From an uncultured bacterium (GTDB taxonomy: Bacteria; Patescibacteriota; Patescibacteriia; UBA9570; XYC2-FULL-38-9), in assembly GCA_937996685.1 (NCBI GenBank), contig CALKUP010000015.1, forward strand, positions 7,900 through 71,899: a stretch of 64,000 nucleotides of DNA, given 5' to 3'. Below the pieces are notes generated by a model that had not been told where the DNA came from, did no database searches, and saw nothing but the letters and a program-made list of their open reading frames with translations. Numbering within the stretch: the stretch's first letter is position 1; every line of letters begins with the position of its first letter. Of the stretch, positions 9,026 through 17,885 are shown piece after piece. The position numbers and the translations under genes are program-made.

Positions 9026-9397
9026 ATGGCGACAATAAATCCTTGGATCAATTTTAATGGCAATGCTGAAGAAGCATTTGATTTCTATCAATCAGTGTTC
9101 GGCGGCGAAGTAACAAAAGCAGAAAATGGAATGTTTATTTCTTTGCCGATTGGTAAAGAGAATCGCCTCATTGCCAATAATGTTCCACCAGAAATGGGCC
9201 GTGTGAATGAAAATGAAAATAGAAGCAAAATTGCAGTGAGCGCGGAAAGCAAAGAAGAAGCTGATAGAATTTTTAACGGCCTTTCAGCGGGCGGTGCTGT
9301 TGAAGTGCCAATGTCTGATGGCATGGGATTCTATATGGGGATGTTTCGAGATCAATATGGCATTGAATGGATTATTGAATACACACCAAATAACTAA
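9026..9397 (+). CDS. VOC family protein (PhnB-like glyoxalase fold)
   Basis: 123-aa ORF: MATINPWINFNGNAEEAFDFYQSVFGGEV...MFRDQYGIEWII matches the PhnB-like VOC architecture. Confidence 0.75.
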   Translation: MATINPWINFNGNAEEAFDFYQSVFGGEVTKAENGMFISLPIGKENRLIANNVPPEMGRVNENENRSKIAVSAESKEEADRIFNGLSAGGAVEVPMSDGMGFYMGMFRDQYGIEWIIEYTPNN

Positions 9398-9422
9398 CTC
9401 TTCAAAAGTAATAAAAGACTAC

Positions 9423-9452
9423 AAAAAATCCGCTGACTATGCGGATTTTTTT
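9423..9452. terminator. bidirectional intrinsic terminator
   Basis: AAAAAA-ATCCGC-TGACTAT-GCGGAT-TTTTTT. It serves the + VOC gene and the minus-strand small-protein gene. Confidence 0.7.
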
Positions 9453-9549
9453 ATACGATACAATAAGAAATAAGGACAGGAGACGACTATCTTCAAGCGC
9501 GTGTTGCACTGAAAGTTGTCGTCTCCGAAAGATCAGCTTTCTTGCAAAG

Positions 9550-9765
9550 CTAGAAGTACTGCAAGTAATTGAAGATGATCAGCCCGCACGAGATACTCAT
9601 CAACCCAGCTGTAAAGGCAACGGATATAATCTTGCCTAAAGGGTACGTTTGAGAGCCAATAGGCACCGGGACAGTACTCTGGATCATGACGTTGACGCTA
9701 AAAAGAGCAACATAAGACGTCATCAACCCGCCAATCACGCACAGGATCGCAGCAAGGATCGCCAT
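9550..9765 (-). CDS. small two-TM membrane protein (cassette copy 2, paralog of 5715..5960)
   Basis: 71-aa ORF with SD AAAGGGAGGAAACC-ATG. The N-terminus aligns to copy 1 with a 3-codon indel, and the SQTYPLGKIIS motif matches SKSYRLGSIS. Confidence 0.55.
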   Translation of the reverse strand: MAILAAILCVIGGLMTSYVALFSVNVMIQSTVPVPIGSQTYPLGKIISVAFTAGLMSISCGLIIFNYLQYF

Positions 9766-9852
9766 GGTTTCCTCCCTTTGTACGATGTCGCTCTGTTGAG
9801 TAAGCGACGACCATGGATACTATAAACCTACCTTTTGTGGCTGTTTTGTCAA
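9766..9852 (-). promoter_or_regulatory. promoter (TTGACA-16-TAGGTT) plus conserved 5' leader of cassette copy 2
   Basis: Minus-strand read: TTGACAAAACAGCC...TAGGTT...CCAUGGUCGUCGCUUACUCAACAGAGCGACAUCGUACAAAGGGAGGAAACCAUGG. Same hairpin and paired CCAUGG sites as copy 1. Confidence 0.5.
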
Positions 9853-9907
9853 TAAAAAAGGCTCCATACAAAAAACGTCACATACGGATTGACCAACCGT
9901 TTTTTTA

Positions 9908-10687
9908 TTATGACCGCACTTCAACCGAAGGGTTCGTAAAACGCTCTTGAAGATCTGGATTATTCTGACATTGCTGTACAAGCGTGAAAAACGCATCTTG
10001 CATTAATGCAACCTCTACTTCATTATGTTGATTTGTCCAAGGCGCACTTCTATCCACAACACCCAAAACACTGAGAGTTGGATCAGCAATAGATTTCAGT
10101 AAATTCGACTTCTTCCCAGATCGTAACAATAAAGAAACGAGTGCTTTCATTTTTTCTGCATACTCCGCAGAAATCAAACCGCGCTGCACTTTTGCATCCA
10201 GCGACAGTGGCCGTGTTTCCTCTCCTGCCTGTACAACACGCGCATCAACAAGAAGTGTCTGTATTCCAGAAGTGATAGACTGATATTCATCAAACATTTG
10301 ATCTGTGTTCAACTCCTGAGGCAATGCTGTAAGCATACGATTGATAAGCTCTCTAAAATAGATTGAAGTCGCCTGGTTCATAGGACTGCGATTACGCTCT
10401 CCTTTATCTATCTCGCGCTTAGTTAAACTGGTCATTTCATGAGGCGTCATGGGCACTGTTCGGTGTAATCGTTGTTTTATTTCAACAAACGACTCAGCTA
10501 ATGCATCTTCACCTTGAGCACTGATTAACGCAAAAATATCTCTTTCCATTTGAGCATCTTTCTGCTCGCGAGCTTCTTGATCTTCCCGAGCCTCTCTTTC
10601 TTTTCGGAGCTCATCATCTGCTTCTGTAAAAACAGGACGCTTAGGGCCTCGGTCAAATGAAGGCATAACAAATATATTTAGTATCAA
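9908..10687 (-). CDS. hypothetical protein (charged, Glu/Arg-rich N-terminal region)
   Basis: 259-aa ORF with no recognisable domain. An internal ATG 7 codons downstream is an alternative start. Confidence 0.5.
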   Translation of the reverse strand: MILNIFVMPSFDRGPKRPVFTEADDELRKEREAREDQEAREQKDAQMERDIFALISAQGEDALAESFVEIKQRLHRTVPMTPHEMTSLTKREIDKGERNRSPMNQATSIYFRELINRMLTALPQELNTDQMFDEYQSITSGIQTLLVDARVVQAGEETRPLSLDAKVQRGLISAEYAEKMKALVSLLLRSGKKSNLLKSIADPTLSVLGVVDRSAPWTNQHNEVEVALMQDAFFTLVQQCQNNPDLQERFTNPSVEVRS

Positions 10688-10764
10688 TACTCTTACAAGG
10701 GATATCCTAGCAAAAGGCTAAATCCTTCACAAGCAATCACCATAAACCAATTCTTCATGCAAGG

Positions 10765-12384
10765 CTACCGACGCACTAAATAGTCTTTCCCATATATATT
10801 CGCAAACTCAGTTGTATATAACTCAAGTGTGTTTTGATTTAAAAATGCGAGGAACGGCGTGTTGTTGCGACCAAGCGTTACTGACAGTTGGTGAGTGACG
10901 AAGAAATCTGTTGTTTCTAGATTCACAACATCATTGACCGCAAAATCAGACTGGCAATTCGCGTCATTACATTTCAAGAATCGGATATATCCGCGGGTTG
11001 TGTCCATATATGCAGCCATTGGAAATCCGTCAGGAGCTAGCGCCATCGTCACTCCTTGTCCCATATCACCAGTGAGATCCACAACGGAAAACTGTGCCGC
11101 ACCATTTGAACACACGGTGTCTCCACATTTTGCGATCTTTAAATTTGCATCGGTTTGATCATAATATCCAACCACCGGCAGTGCGTCTGGACCTACCACC
11201 AATGAATTATAGGAGCCGACCTCTGAAGCTCCTCCGTCATCTAGAACATTTAAAATACTGACCTCGCAATCAAACAATGGGCAAGTCGCGACCTTTAATG
11301 TACCTGCCCTTGAATAGGAAATATAGGTAAACCCTAATGGTGATGTCGCAATACTCACTGGATTCTGACTGACATTGTCTGCATCAAGGGTTCGTGTGAC
11401 ATTCCCAGACGCACAATCAAGACTGCCGCATGATGTTATTTTTAAGTCTGCCGTAGCCGAATCAACATACGCAATAATTGGAAAGCCGCGCTCATTCACC
11501 GTCACTGACAAAAATCCTGTTTGAATATTTTCAACCGATGTAATCACATTGCCGCTAGAGCACGTCGGATTCCCGCATTTCAATAACATGAGATGATGAT
11601 CACTCCAGCGATCATAGACAATGACAGGATTTCCGTCAGACCCAATAATCATCGCGGTGTACAGCGTTGCATCATCCGACAATACGGAAACAGTCGACGC
11701 GGTACATGCAACATTTTCGCAATGGACAAATTTTAAATCACGATCATTCACATTTGTATATGAAATAACCGGCAGCCCGTCTGTGCCAATTGTGGTTGAT
11801 GCACCGGCACCAATATATCCACCACCTGAACCATCAACCGAAGTTGTGATATTTCTTGCTGGAACAGATGGGATTGCTGGTAAAATAGGATCTGCTGCCG
11901 CAACACCAGTTTCATCAGTAGCGCATTCCCAACTACTTGCGCCCATTTTCGCAATTTGCCCTGCGGAACAACTTGGTAACGAGCGAATCGCCGCAACGGT
12001 TGCTTGCAGCGCTGTGAGACTTGAGCTGAGCGTTGCTGTTGTGGTCTCAGTCGTATTCACACGAGAACCCAATGTCTCCACTTGCCCGCTCAAAGTACTC
12101 GCCGCTGCACCCTGCCCTGTCACCGTCGCCTGCAACGCACTCACATCAACCCCGTCAACTGTCTTATTTTCTGGAACGGTAATATTTCCTGTCACTCGTA
12201 AATCATCTTTCACAGTCACCGGCTTTGCTCCTTTTTGCTGAAGATATCCTGTGCTTTTGAATACGACACTTGCAACATTTGTCAGCTTCACTGGTGTTGC
12301 TGCGCCTGCTGCCGCTGGAGCTACCGCACTCAAACAAATACTGAATGCCACAACAAGACGACGGATCGAGAAAAAAGTACGCAT
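10765..12384 (-). CDS. secreted protein with seven ~45-aa Cys-pair tandem repeats (beta-propeller-like) and a tail-fibre-like N-terminal region
   Basis: Signal peptide MRTFFSIRRLVVAFSICLSAVAPAAAGAA. Repeats of the form DG.PvI.Y.d....LK...C....C (e.g. DGLPVISYTNVNDRDLKFVHCENVAC, DGNPVIVYDRWSDHHLMLLKCGNPTC). The N-terminal Ala/Thr/Ser-rich segment is coiled-coil-like. Confidence 0.7.
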   Translation of the reverse strand: MRTFFSIRRLVVAFSICLSAVAPAAAGAATPVKLTNVASVVFKSTGYLQQKGAKPVTVKDDLRVTGNITVPENKTVDGVDVSALQATVTGQGAAASTLSGQVETLGSRVNTTETTTATLSSSLTALQATVAAIRSLPSCSAGQIAKMGASSWECATDETGVAAADPILPAIPSVPARNITTSVDGSGGGYIGAGASTTIGTDGLPVISYTNVNDRDLKFVHCENVACTASTVSVLSDDATLYTAMIIGSDGNPVIVYDRWSDHHLMLLKCGNPTCSSGNVITSVENIQTGFLSVTVNERGFPIIAYVDSATADLKITSCGSLDCASGNVTRTLDADNVSQNPVSIATSPLGFTYISYSRAGTLKVATCPLFDCEVSILNVLDDGGASEVGSYNSLVVGPDALPVVGYYDQTDANLKIAKCGDTVCSNGAAQFSVVDLTGDMGQGVTMALAPDGFPMAAYMDTTRGYIRFLKCNDANCQSDFAVNDVVNLETTDFFVTHQLSVTLGRNNTPFLAFLNQNTLELYTTEFANIYGKDYLVRR

Positions 12385-12521
12385 ATATATTTTGATGTTG
12401 TGTTTATACAGAAAGTATACCCAGACAACAACAGAGCGTCAAAGAAAGAGAGGCTTTTTTTCAATGCCGAACAATGCTATATTCTACACAGAAGATCAAC
12501 AAGATATTTTACGCAAAATCT

Positions 12522-12758
12522 ATGAAAACAATGACCTGCAAACAACTCGGCGGACCATGTGAGATGGCATTTCACACCAACACTGCTGATGAAGCAATTA
12601 AAGCCCAAGACAAACACTTGAAAGAAATGGTTGCTCAAGGCGACGTCGCACACGAACCAGCGAATACAGAAATGCGTGGTCGTTGGAAAAACCCAATTGG
12701 GGGCATAAAGTGGTATATGAAAGCGAAAAAAGATTTCGCTGCATTGTCTGAAGAATAA
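12522..12758 (+). CDS. DUF1059 family small protein
   Basis: Preferred start MKTMTCKQLGGPCEMAFHTNTADEAIKAQDKHLKEM... matches the conserved DUF1059 N-terminus (MxxMxCxxLGGxC). The track ORF begins upstream at 12474. Confidence 0.7.
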   Translation: MKTMTCKQLGGPCEMAFHTNTADEAIKAQDKHLKEMVAQGDVAHEPANTEMRGRWKNPIGGIKWYMKAKKDFAALSEE

Positions 12759-12772
12759 TTATTTTCATACCT

Positions 12773-13333
12773 ATGGCAAAAAAATCTCTTTCTGCAAAAC
12801 AACAAACTGAATTACTTAGTACATTGCAAACTCGTTTTGAAAAAAACATGAATCGCCACAAAGGCGTGAAATGGGACGCTGTTGCAAAACGACTTGAAGC
12901 AAAACCAGCAGCACTCTGGTCACTCTTTCAAATGGAAGAAACCGGCGGTGAACCTGATGTCGTTCGGATCAATAAAAAAACTAGTGAACTCTTGTTTATT
13001 GACTGCGCTCCAGAAAGTCCGAAAGGTCGCAGAAGTTTTTGCTTTGATCGCGCTTCCCTGAATTCTCGCAAAACCTTTAAACCAAAAAATAGCGCACTCG
13101 ATGCAGCAAAAGAAATGGGTATTGAAATTCTCACAGAGGAAGACTATCGTTTCCTGCAAACCCTTGGCGAATTCGATACCAAAACATCCAGCTGGATCGC
13201 AACCCCAACAGAAATTCGAAAACGCGGCGGCGCACTATTTTGTGACCGACGATATGACCATGTTTTCGTTTATCACAATGGCGCAGAATCATATTACGCA
13301 GCCCGTGGATTCCGAGGCTCACTGTTAGTGTAA
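12773..13333 (+). CDS. hypothetical protein (DUF4256-like, from memory)
   Basis: 186-aa soluble ORF. The family assignment needs an HMM check. Confidence 0.5.
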   Translation: MAKKSLSAKQQTELLSTLQTRFEKNMNRHKGVKWDAVAKRLEAKPAALWSLFQMEETGGEPDVVRINKKTSELLFIDCAPESPKGRRSFCFDRASLNSRKTFKPKNSALDAAKEMGIEILTEEDYRFLQTLGEFDTKTSSWIATPTEIRKRGGALFCDRRYDHVFVYHNGAESYYAARGFRGSLLV

Positions 13334-13405
13334 GTACTGATTAACTACTGTCCATTGAATGCAATCTATATTGCGTCTACTATTTTTTTACTTCTACATG
13401 TGACT

Positions 13406-14155
13406 ATGAAAAAAGGGAAAACTCTCACAACCATTCTTGAACAGATTGGACTCAGCGAACAAGAACAAACCCTCTACCTCGCTCTGCTGCATATGGGCAG
13501 CGGAACACTCGCTGACATTGTTCGTGAAACAAAAACGCATCGCCCGACAATGCAAAAATGGATTCCCCTACTTCTTGAAAAGGATCTGATTTCAGCAGTA
13601 ACCAAAGGGAAACGCACGGTATATTATCCTGCTTCCCCGACTCAATTACAAACACTTGTTCAAGAAACCGAACGCGCTTTAAGTGCTTTTTTGCCGAACC
13701 TACAAGATATTTACGATACAACGCACGAAAAACCGACGATTCGATATTTTGAAGGAAAAAATATTACAACTCTTATTTACACGGACGTGCTAGATACATG
13801 TCAAAAAGGTGACATCATCTATCGACATGAAGCGCCCGTCAATTACAAAACATTCACTGAATGGTTGCCGCCTGAATATTTTGAACGAATGCGTGAGCGC
13901 AAAGAAGTTCAGCAATTTGTTATTGTGAATGAAAAAACTGCCAAAGGAAAAAAGCACCTAGACGAAGATATTGAACGTGTTGTACCGACCGATATACACC
14001 TATTCAACACAAACGTTACCCAACTGATTTATAAACACAAAATTGCATTTATTGATTTTGAATCGAGCACTGCTTGGATTATCGAGAACACACGCTTTGC
14101 AGAATTTCAACGCGCGTTGTTTATTGCATTGTTTCAAACACTGGAAAACATCTAA
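13406..14155 (+). CDS. TrmB-family transcriptional regulator
   Basis: N-terminal winged HTH (LTTILEQIGLSEQEQTLYLALLHMGSGTLADIVRETK) and a TrmB-like C-terminal domain. Paralog of 46774..47499. Start moved from the track's 13355 to the ATG at 13406. Confidence 0.7.
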   Translation: MKKGKTLTTILEQIGLSEQEQTLYLALLHMGSGTLADIVRETKTHRPTMQKWIPLLLEKDLISAVTKGKRTVYYPASPTQLQTLVQETERALSAFLPNLQDIYDTTHEKPTIRYFEGKNITTLIYTDVLDTCQKGDIIYRHEAPVNYKTFTEWLPPEYFERMRERKEVQQFVIVNEKTAKGKKHLDEDIERVVPTDIHLFNTNVTQLIYKHKIAFIDFESSTAWIIENTRFAEFQRALFIALFQTLENI

Positions 14156-14156
14156 G

Positions 14157-17100
14157 CTATTTGCTTACAGCGAAAGTTCCGTTAGTCTTGAGCTTCCATG
14201 TGCGACTCACGCGTTTGCCTGATTTGCCATAGGTCACAGTCACTTGTTTCTTTTTTGTATTCACCGACAAGACTGGCTTTGATAAGTCGGTCACAGTAAG
14301 CGATTGTGATTGCTGTTTTGTGAGCGTATGCGCAGTTGTTAAACGCATTCCATAGACTCGCGCAGTCTTTCCTTTGACTGCTGCAATAAAGACTGAATCA
14401 TAACTATTGTATACCCGAGTCACAGCAATGCGATAATTTGCGCTTGTGTAGGCTGTTTTTCCAATTGTTTTTTTCGCTACTTGTACTCCATTTTTAAAGA
14501 CACGAACATCTTTACCGTTTGTTACAACAATACGCTTTTTATCTGTCGATAAGGCATATCGAAAATTTTTCGACGTTCCAAATGGTCTGAGTGTTGCAGT
14601 TGTTGTATCAGCATATGTCACTGTCAGCGCGGCACCACTTTGACGCACCGTCCGCACTGCTCCGTGATCTACCGGCGTTGTATCAACTGGCTCTGGAACA
14701 ACTTCAGGAGCGACAACCGTTACTGTGCGAGTCACTTCTGTTGCGGCATTTCCTGTACTATCTTGCACGTTATACCGCAATGTATATGTCCCAACAGTAT
14801 TCACATCAACGCTACCCGTTTGCACAATACTACTGGTGACCACACCCTGGACCGCATCTGTCGCTGTTGCTCCAGCGTCCGTATAACTATCACCTTGCGT
14901 GATTGTGACCGCGGAATTGCCAAGCAATGAAATCGTTGGTGCTGCCCGATCAAGTGTCACAGTAGACGCGACAGCTGATACTGTTGTATTTCCAAGTGCG
15001 TCTTGATACCGCAGTGTCACTGTGTACACACCGTCTGCCAAAGTTGATGCAGACGCAGAAGTAACATGGCTAGAAGTAAATAAATTTGAAAGTTGAAGCG
15101 TACTATTTACAGATTGCGTTGTATCCATCAACAACGTTGTTGAGCCGCTGGCATTATCAAATGACACTGAAATAGTGTTTGATTGTGGCCCTTCTGGAAG
15201 AGAATATTGCAATTGCAACGCGTTATTAAAACTACTGCTCGCAGGTGATGTGAGCGTCGGGGTTTGGGTTGTTGTATCAATAATAACACTCGTTGCAACA
15301 GCACTCGTTGCTGGATTATTACGACCATCACGATAACTAAGTGTCACAGTGTGTGTTCCGTCAGCAAGGACTGGCATCGCACTTGGCGTAATCGTATTGA
15401 TATTTGAAAGATTATCAAAATTTACTTGATTGCCACTATCTGCAGGATTAAACAAAAAATTCACTGACTGACTATTTTCCATTTGGAATACTACCGTGCC
15501 ACTGGTTGCTACATTCGTGAATGTGACACGCACGCTTCCGGCAAGTGGTGCTTCTGGAAGAGAATATTGCAGACGGACTCGATTCATCGATCCTGACCCT
15601 GGCGATGACAATGTTGGTGATTGCGTAACAGTGTCAACTGTAACCGTCGTTTGCGCTGCAACAGAAATATCCCCTTCATCATCCACGGAAAAAATACTGT
15701 AGTAATAAAGACGATCCAGCAAATCATTATCTGAACGTGTTGTTCCGGTCACACCACTCGCAACAGCTGAGCCATCCGTCACACTCGTCGGATACGCTGA
15801 TGTACTACGACGAATTGTCACTGACGAAAAATGCGGATCGGTTGAATTTGTCCACGCAAGGTTCACGTCATTCCCAACAGCTGTCGCAGTAAAAGCCGTC
15901 GGCGGAGTGGTATAGCCTAATTCGTACGCACCAATATCACAATTGGTATTTTGCGGGCGAGAAGTTTGCCGTGAATCTGTTATAAGAGCCGAACCAGCTG
16001 CATCTGTACATGACACAGGCGGGATAAGATTTAATGTATCACCAACTCCTGACAATGCGAGTGTTTGCACAAAACCTCCATTATTTGCCGGCACCGCTGT
16101 TGCCATGTAACTCGGTGGCACTGGATGATTGAATGAATCTCCTGTCACTGAGGTGATAAAACAATCTTCTCTTAATTCCCCAATATAATTATAGCCTTGT
16201 GATGTAAGGTTTCCTTGGCAATCCTCATAAAAAGGTGATGGCATTGGAGCAACAAAATTGGATGCAATAATGTTATTTTTCAGAATAACATTACTAAATC
16301 CCCCACTATAGACACCAGCTGCAATACCTGCATGATTATTTGTAAAGGTTGAAAACGCAATCACAATTTCTGGTGTATCACCTGTACTTGAATTGAATCC
16401 ACCCCCAGTATCAGATGCGGTATTATTATAAAACGTACCATTAGTAATCTGCATTGGCGTGCCAGCAAATACACCACCTCCAGCCACCGCTGTGTTCTCA
16501 ATAAAGGTGACACGATTCATAACAATTGGATTATTCCCTTCAGGCCCAGAACCAGAAAGACCTCCACCAGCATCTACCGCTGCTGTATTATTTGTAAACT
16601 CAACATCGGTGAGCGTATTGGTTGTTGTTGTGTTTGTATCAATAAACATACCACCGCCACTAGCAGCTGAGTTTCCAGAAATGATTGTACGACTGATATC
16701 AGATGTACAATCACCTGAAATTCCGATACCGCCACCAAACACTGTTTGCACCCCTGGATCAGCTGACATGTTGCCACTCACTGTCACATCCGTCAGTGTT
16801 ATATCCCCGGCTGCACAATAGATACCAGCGCCATACTGCGAAATAATCCCACTTGGGTTATCAAGGACACTATTTTGGATTGTCACATGTGAAAACACCA
16901 ATGAGCCCTCATTTAATACACCGCCACCATTTGCACTGGTCACTGAACTGTCATTCACAGTCACACCAGACATTGTCGCTCGCGCCCCGCTGGCAATATG
17001 AAAAGCACGGTCAAGATCATCTGAGTCAATAATGGTCGTTGCCATGTCAGCGCCAGTCACGGTTGTGAGGTCTGCATCAAGAAAGTCAAAATCACCCGTT

Positions 17101-17351
17101 ACATTCAAGTCTTCACCTGCTCCTGATCGTGTAATATGGTACGTATTTGCTGGCAACACAATCGTATCAACACCTCCACTATTTGCCGCAGTCACTGCTT
17201 CACGCAACGAACAATCGGAGTCACATGTACCGTCGGCTGTATCGGTATTTTTTGTGACTGTATACGTTGCGGCGTGTGCAACTGTTGGCGTCAATCCAAT
17301 AAGAACAAAGAAGAGAATTGATAACGCGCTACCATAAAATATTTTCAGCAT
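14157..17351 (-). CDS. giant secreted right-handed beta-helix protein with Ig/FN3-like domains and a conserved C-terminal module
   Basis: 1064 aa with a signal peptide. N-terminal CDSDCSLREAVTAANSGG then many PbH1-type repeats (NNTA..GGG). Thr/Ser-rich Ig-like segments follow. The C-terminal ~170 aa are homologous to the C-terminus of the 18990..25397 protein. Confidence 0.85.
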   Translation of the reverse strand: MLKIFYGSALSILFFVLIGLTPTVAHAATYTVTKNTDTADGTCDSDCSLREAVTAANSGGVDTIVLPANTYHITRSGAGEDLNVTGDFDFLDADLTTVTGADMATTIIDSDDLDRAFHIASGARATMSGVTVNDSSVTSANGGGVLNEGSLVFSHVTIQNSVLDNPSGIISQYGAGIYCAAGDITLTDVTVSGNMSADPGVQTVFGGGIGISGDCTSDISRTIISGNSAASGGGMFIDTNTTTTNTLTDVEFTNNTAAVDAGGGLSGSGPEGNNPIVMNRVTFIENTAVAGGGVFAGTPMQITNGTFYNNTASDTGGGFNSSTGDTPEIVIAFSTFTNNHAGIAAGVYSGGFSNVILKNNIIASNFVAPMPSPFYEDCQGNLTSQGYNYIGELREDCFITSVTGDSFNHPVPPSYMATAVPANNGGFVQTLALSGVGDTLNLIPPVSCTDAAGSALITDSRQTSRPQNTNCDIGAYELGYTTPPTAFTATAVGNDVNLAWTNSTDPHFSSVTIRRSTSAYPTSVTDGSAVASGVTGTTRSDNDLLDRLYYYSIFSVDDEGDISVAAQTTVTVDTVTQSPTLSSPGSGSMNRVRLQYSLPEAPLAGSVRVTFTNVATSGTVVFQMENSQSVNFLFNPADSGNQVNFDNLSNINTITPSAMPVLADGTHTVTLSYRDGRNNPATSAVATSVIIDTTTQTPTLTSPASSSFNNALQLQYSLPEGPQSNTISVSFDNASGSTTLLMDTTQSVNSTLQLSNLFTSSHVTSASASTLADGVYTVTLRYQDALGNTTVSAVASTVTLDRAAPTISLLGNSAVTITQGDSYTDAGATATDAVQGVVTSSIVQTGSVDVNTVGTYTLRYNVQDSTGNAATEVTRTVTVVAPEVVPEPVDTTPVDHGAVRTVRQSGAALTVTYADTTTATLRPFGTSKNFRYALSTDKKRIVVTNGKDVRVFKNGVQVAKKTIGKTAYTSANYRIAVTRVYNSYDSVFIAAVKGKTARVYGMRLTTAHTLTKQQSQSLTVTDLSKPVLSVNTKKKQVTVTYGKSGKRVSRTWKLKTNGTFAVSK

Positions 17352-17462
17352 AAAGATATAATTGATTTTGAAAGATTATCTTTATTCTATCATAGATTCA
17401 TTGCGTGTGACTACAAAAAAAGGCGGCTCATGTGCCACCTTTTTTAGAGAACTCTTATGTTC

Positions 17463-17798
17463 TTATTTTACTGCGAGCAACTCAACGTCGAAATGCAACG
17501 TTGCGCCACCAGGGATCACGCCCGGAATACCCATTGGTCCATATGCCAAGTCTGATGGGATGACCAATTTCCGTGTTCCGCCAACTTTCATCCCAGCAAC
17601 ACCTTCATCCCAACCAGCAATCACCATGCCGCCACCGAGCGCGAATTCAAACGGCCCACGCGCGCGTGAACTATCAAACTGCGTTCCGTCTTCCAATGTT
17701 CCAGTGTAATGCACTGAAACCATCATGCCTTTAACAGCTTCCGCTCCGTCACCCACTGTGACATCTTCATATTGTAAGCCTGTGTTTGTTGTAACCAT
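17463..17798 (-). CDS. FKBP-type peptidyl-prolyl cis-trans isomerase
   Basis: 111 aa: GLQYEDVTVGDGAEAVKGMMVSVHYTGTLEDGTQFDSS...GMKVGGTRKLVIPSDLAYG is a canonical FKBP domain. Confidence 0.9.
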   Translation of the reverse strand: MVTTNTGLQYEDVTVGDGAEAVKGMMVSVHYTGTLEDGTQFDSSRARGPFEFALGGGMVIAGWDEGVAGMKVGGTRKLVIPSDLAYGPMGIPGVIPGGATLHFDVELLAVK

Positions 17799-17885
17799 AC
17801 ATAATCAATCAATAATAGACTCATACTGTAACACAAAGTCCCTGACTCTATCTAGTTCTTGGTTCTTGTGGTAGGGTCTCTCTGA

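Noticed and set aside
12235-12562. Two overlapping ~100-aa plus ORFs spanning the 5' end of the 10765..12384 gene and the intergenic region
   Set aside because: Low-complexity translation, no start context. They overlap a strongly supported secreted-protein gene on the other strand.
14591-17337. Internal ORFs within the beta-helix giant gene
   Set aside because: Alternative-frame artefacts of a long Thr/Ser/Gly-rich coding region.
17362-17709. 115-aa plus-strand ORF
   Set aside because: It is antisense to the well-supported FKBP gene. The Pro/Gly-rich translation is typical of a wrong-strand frame.
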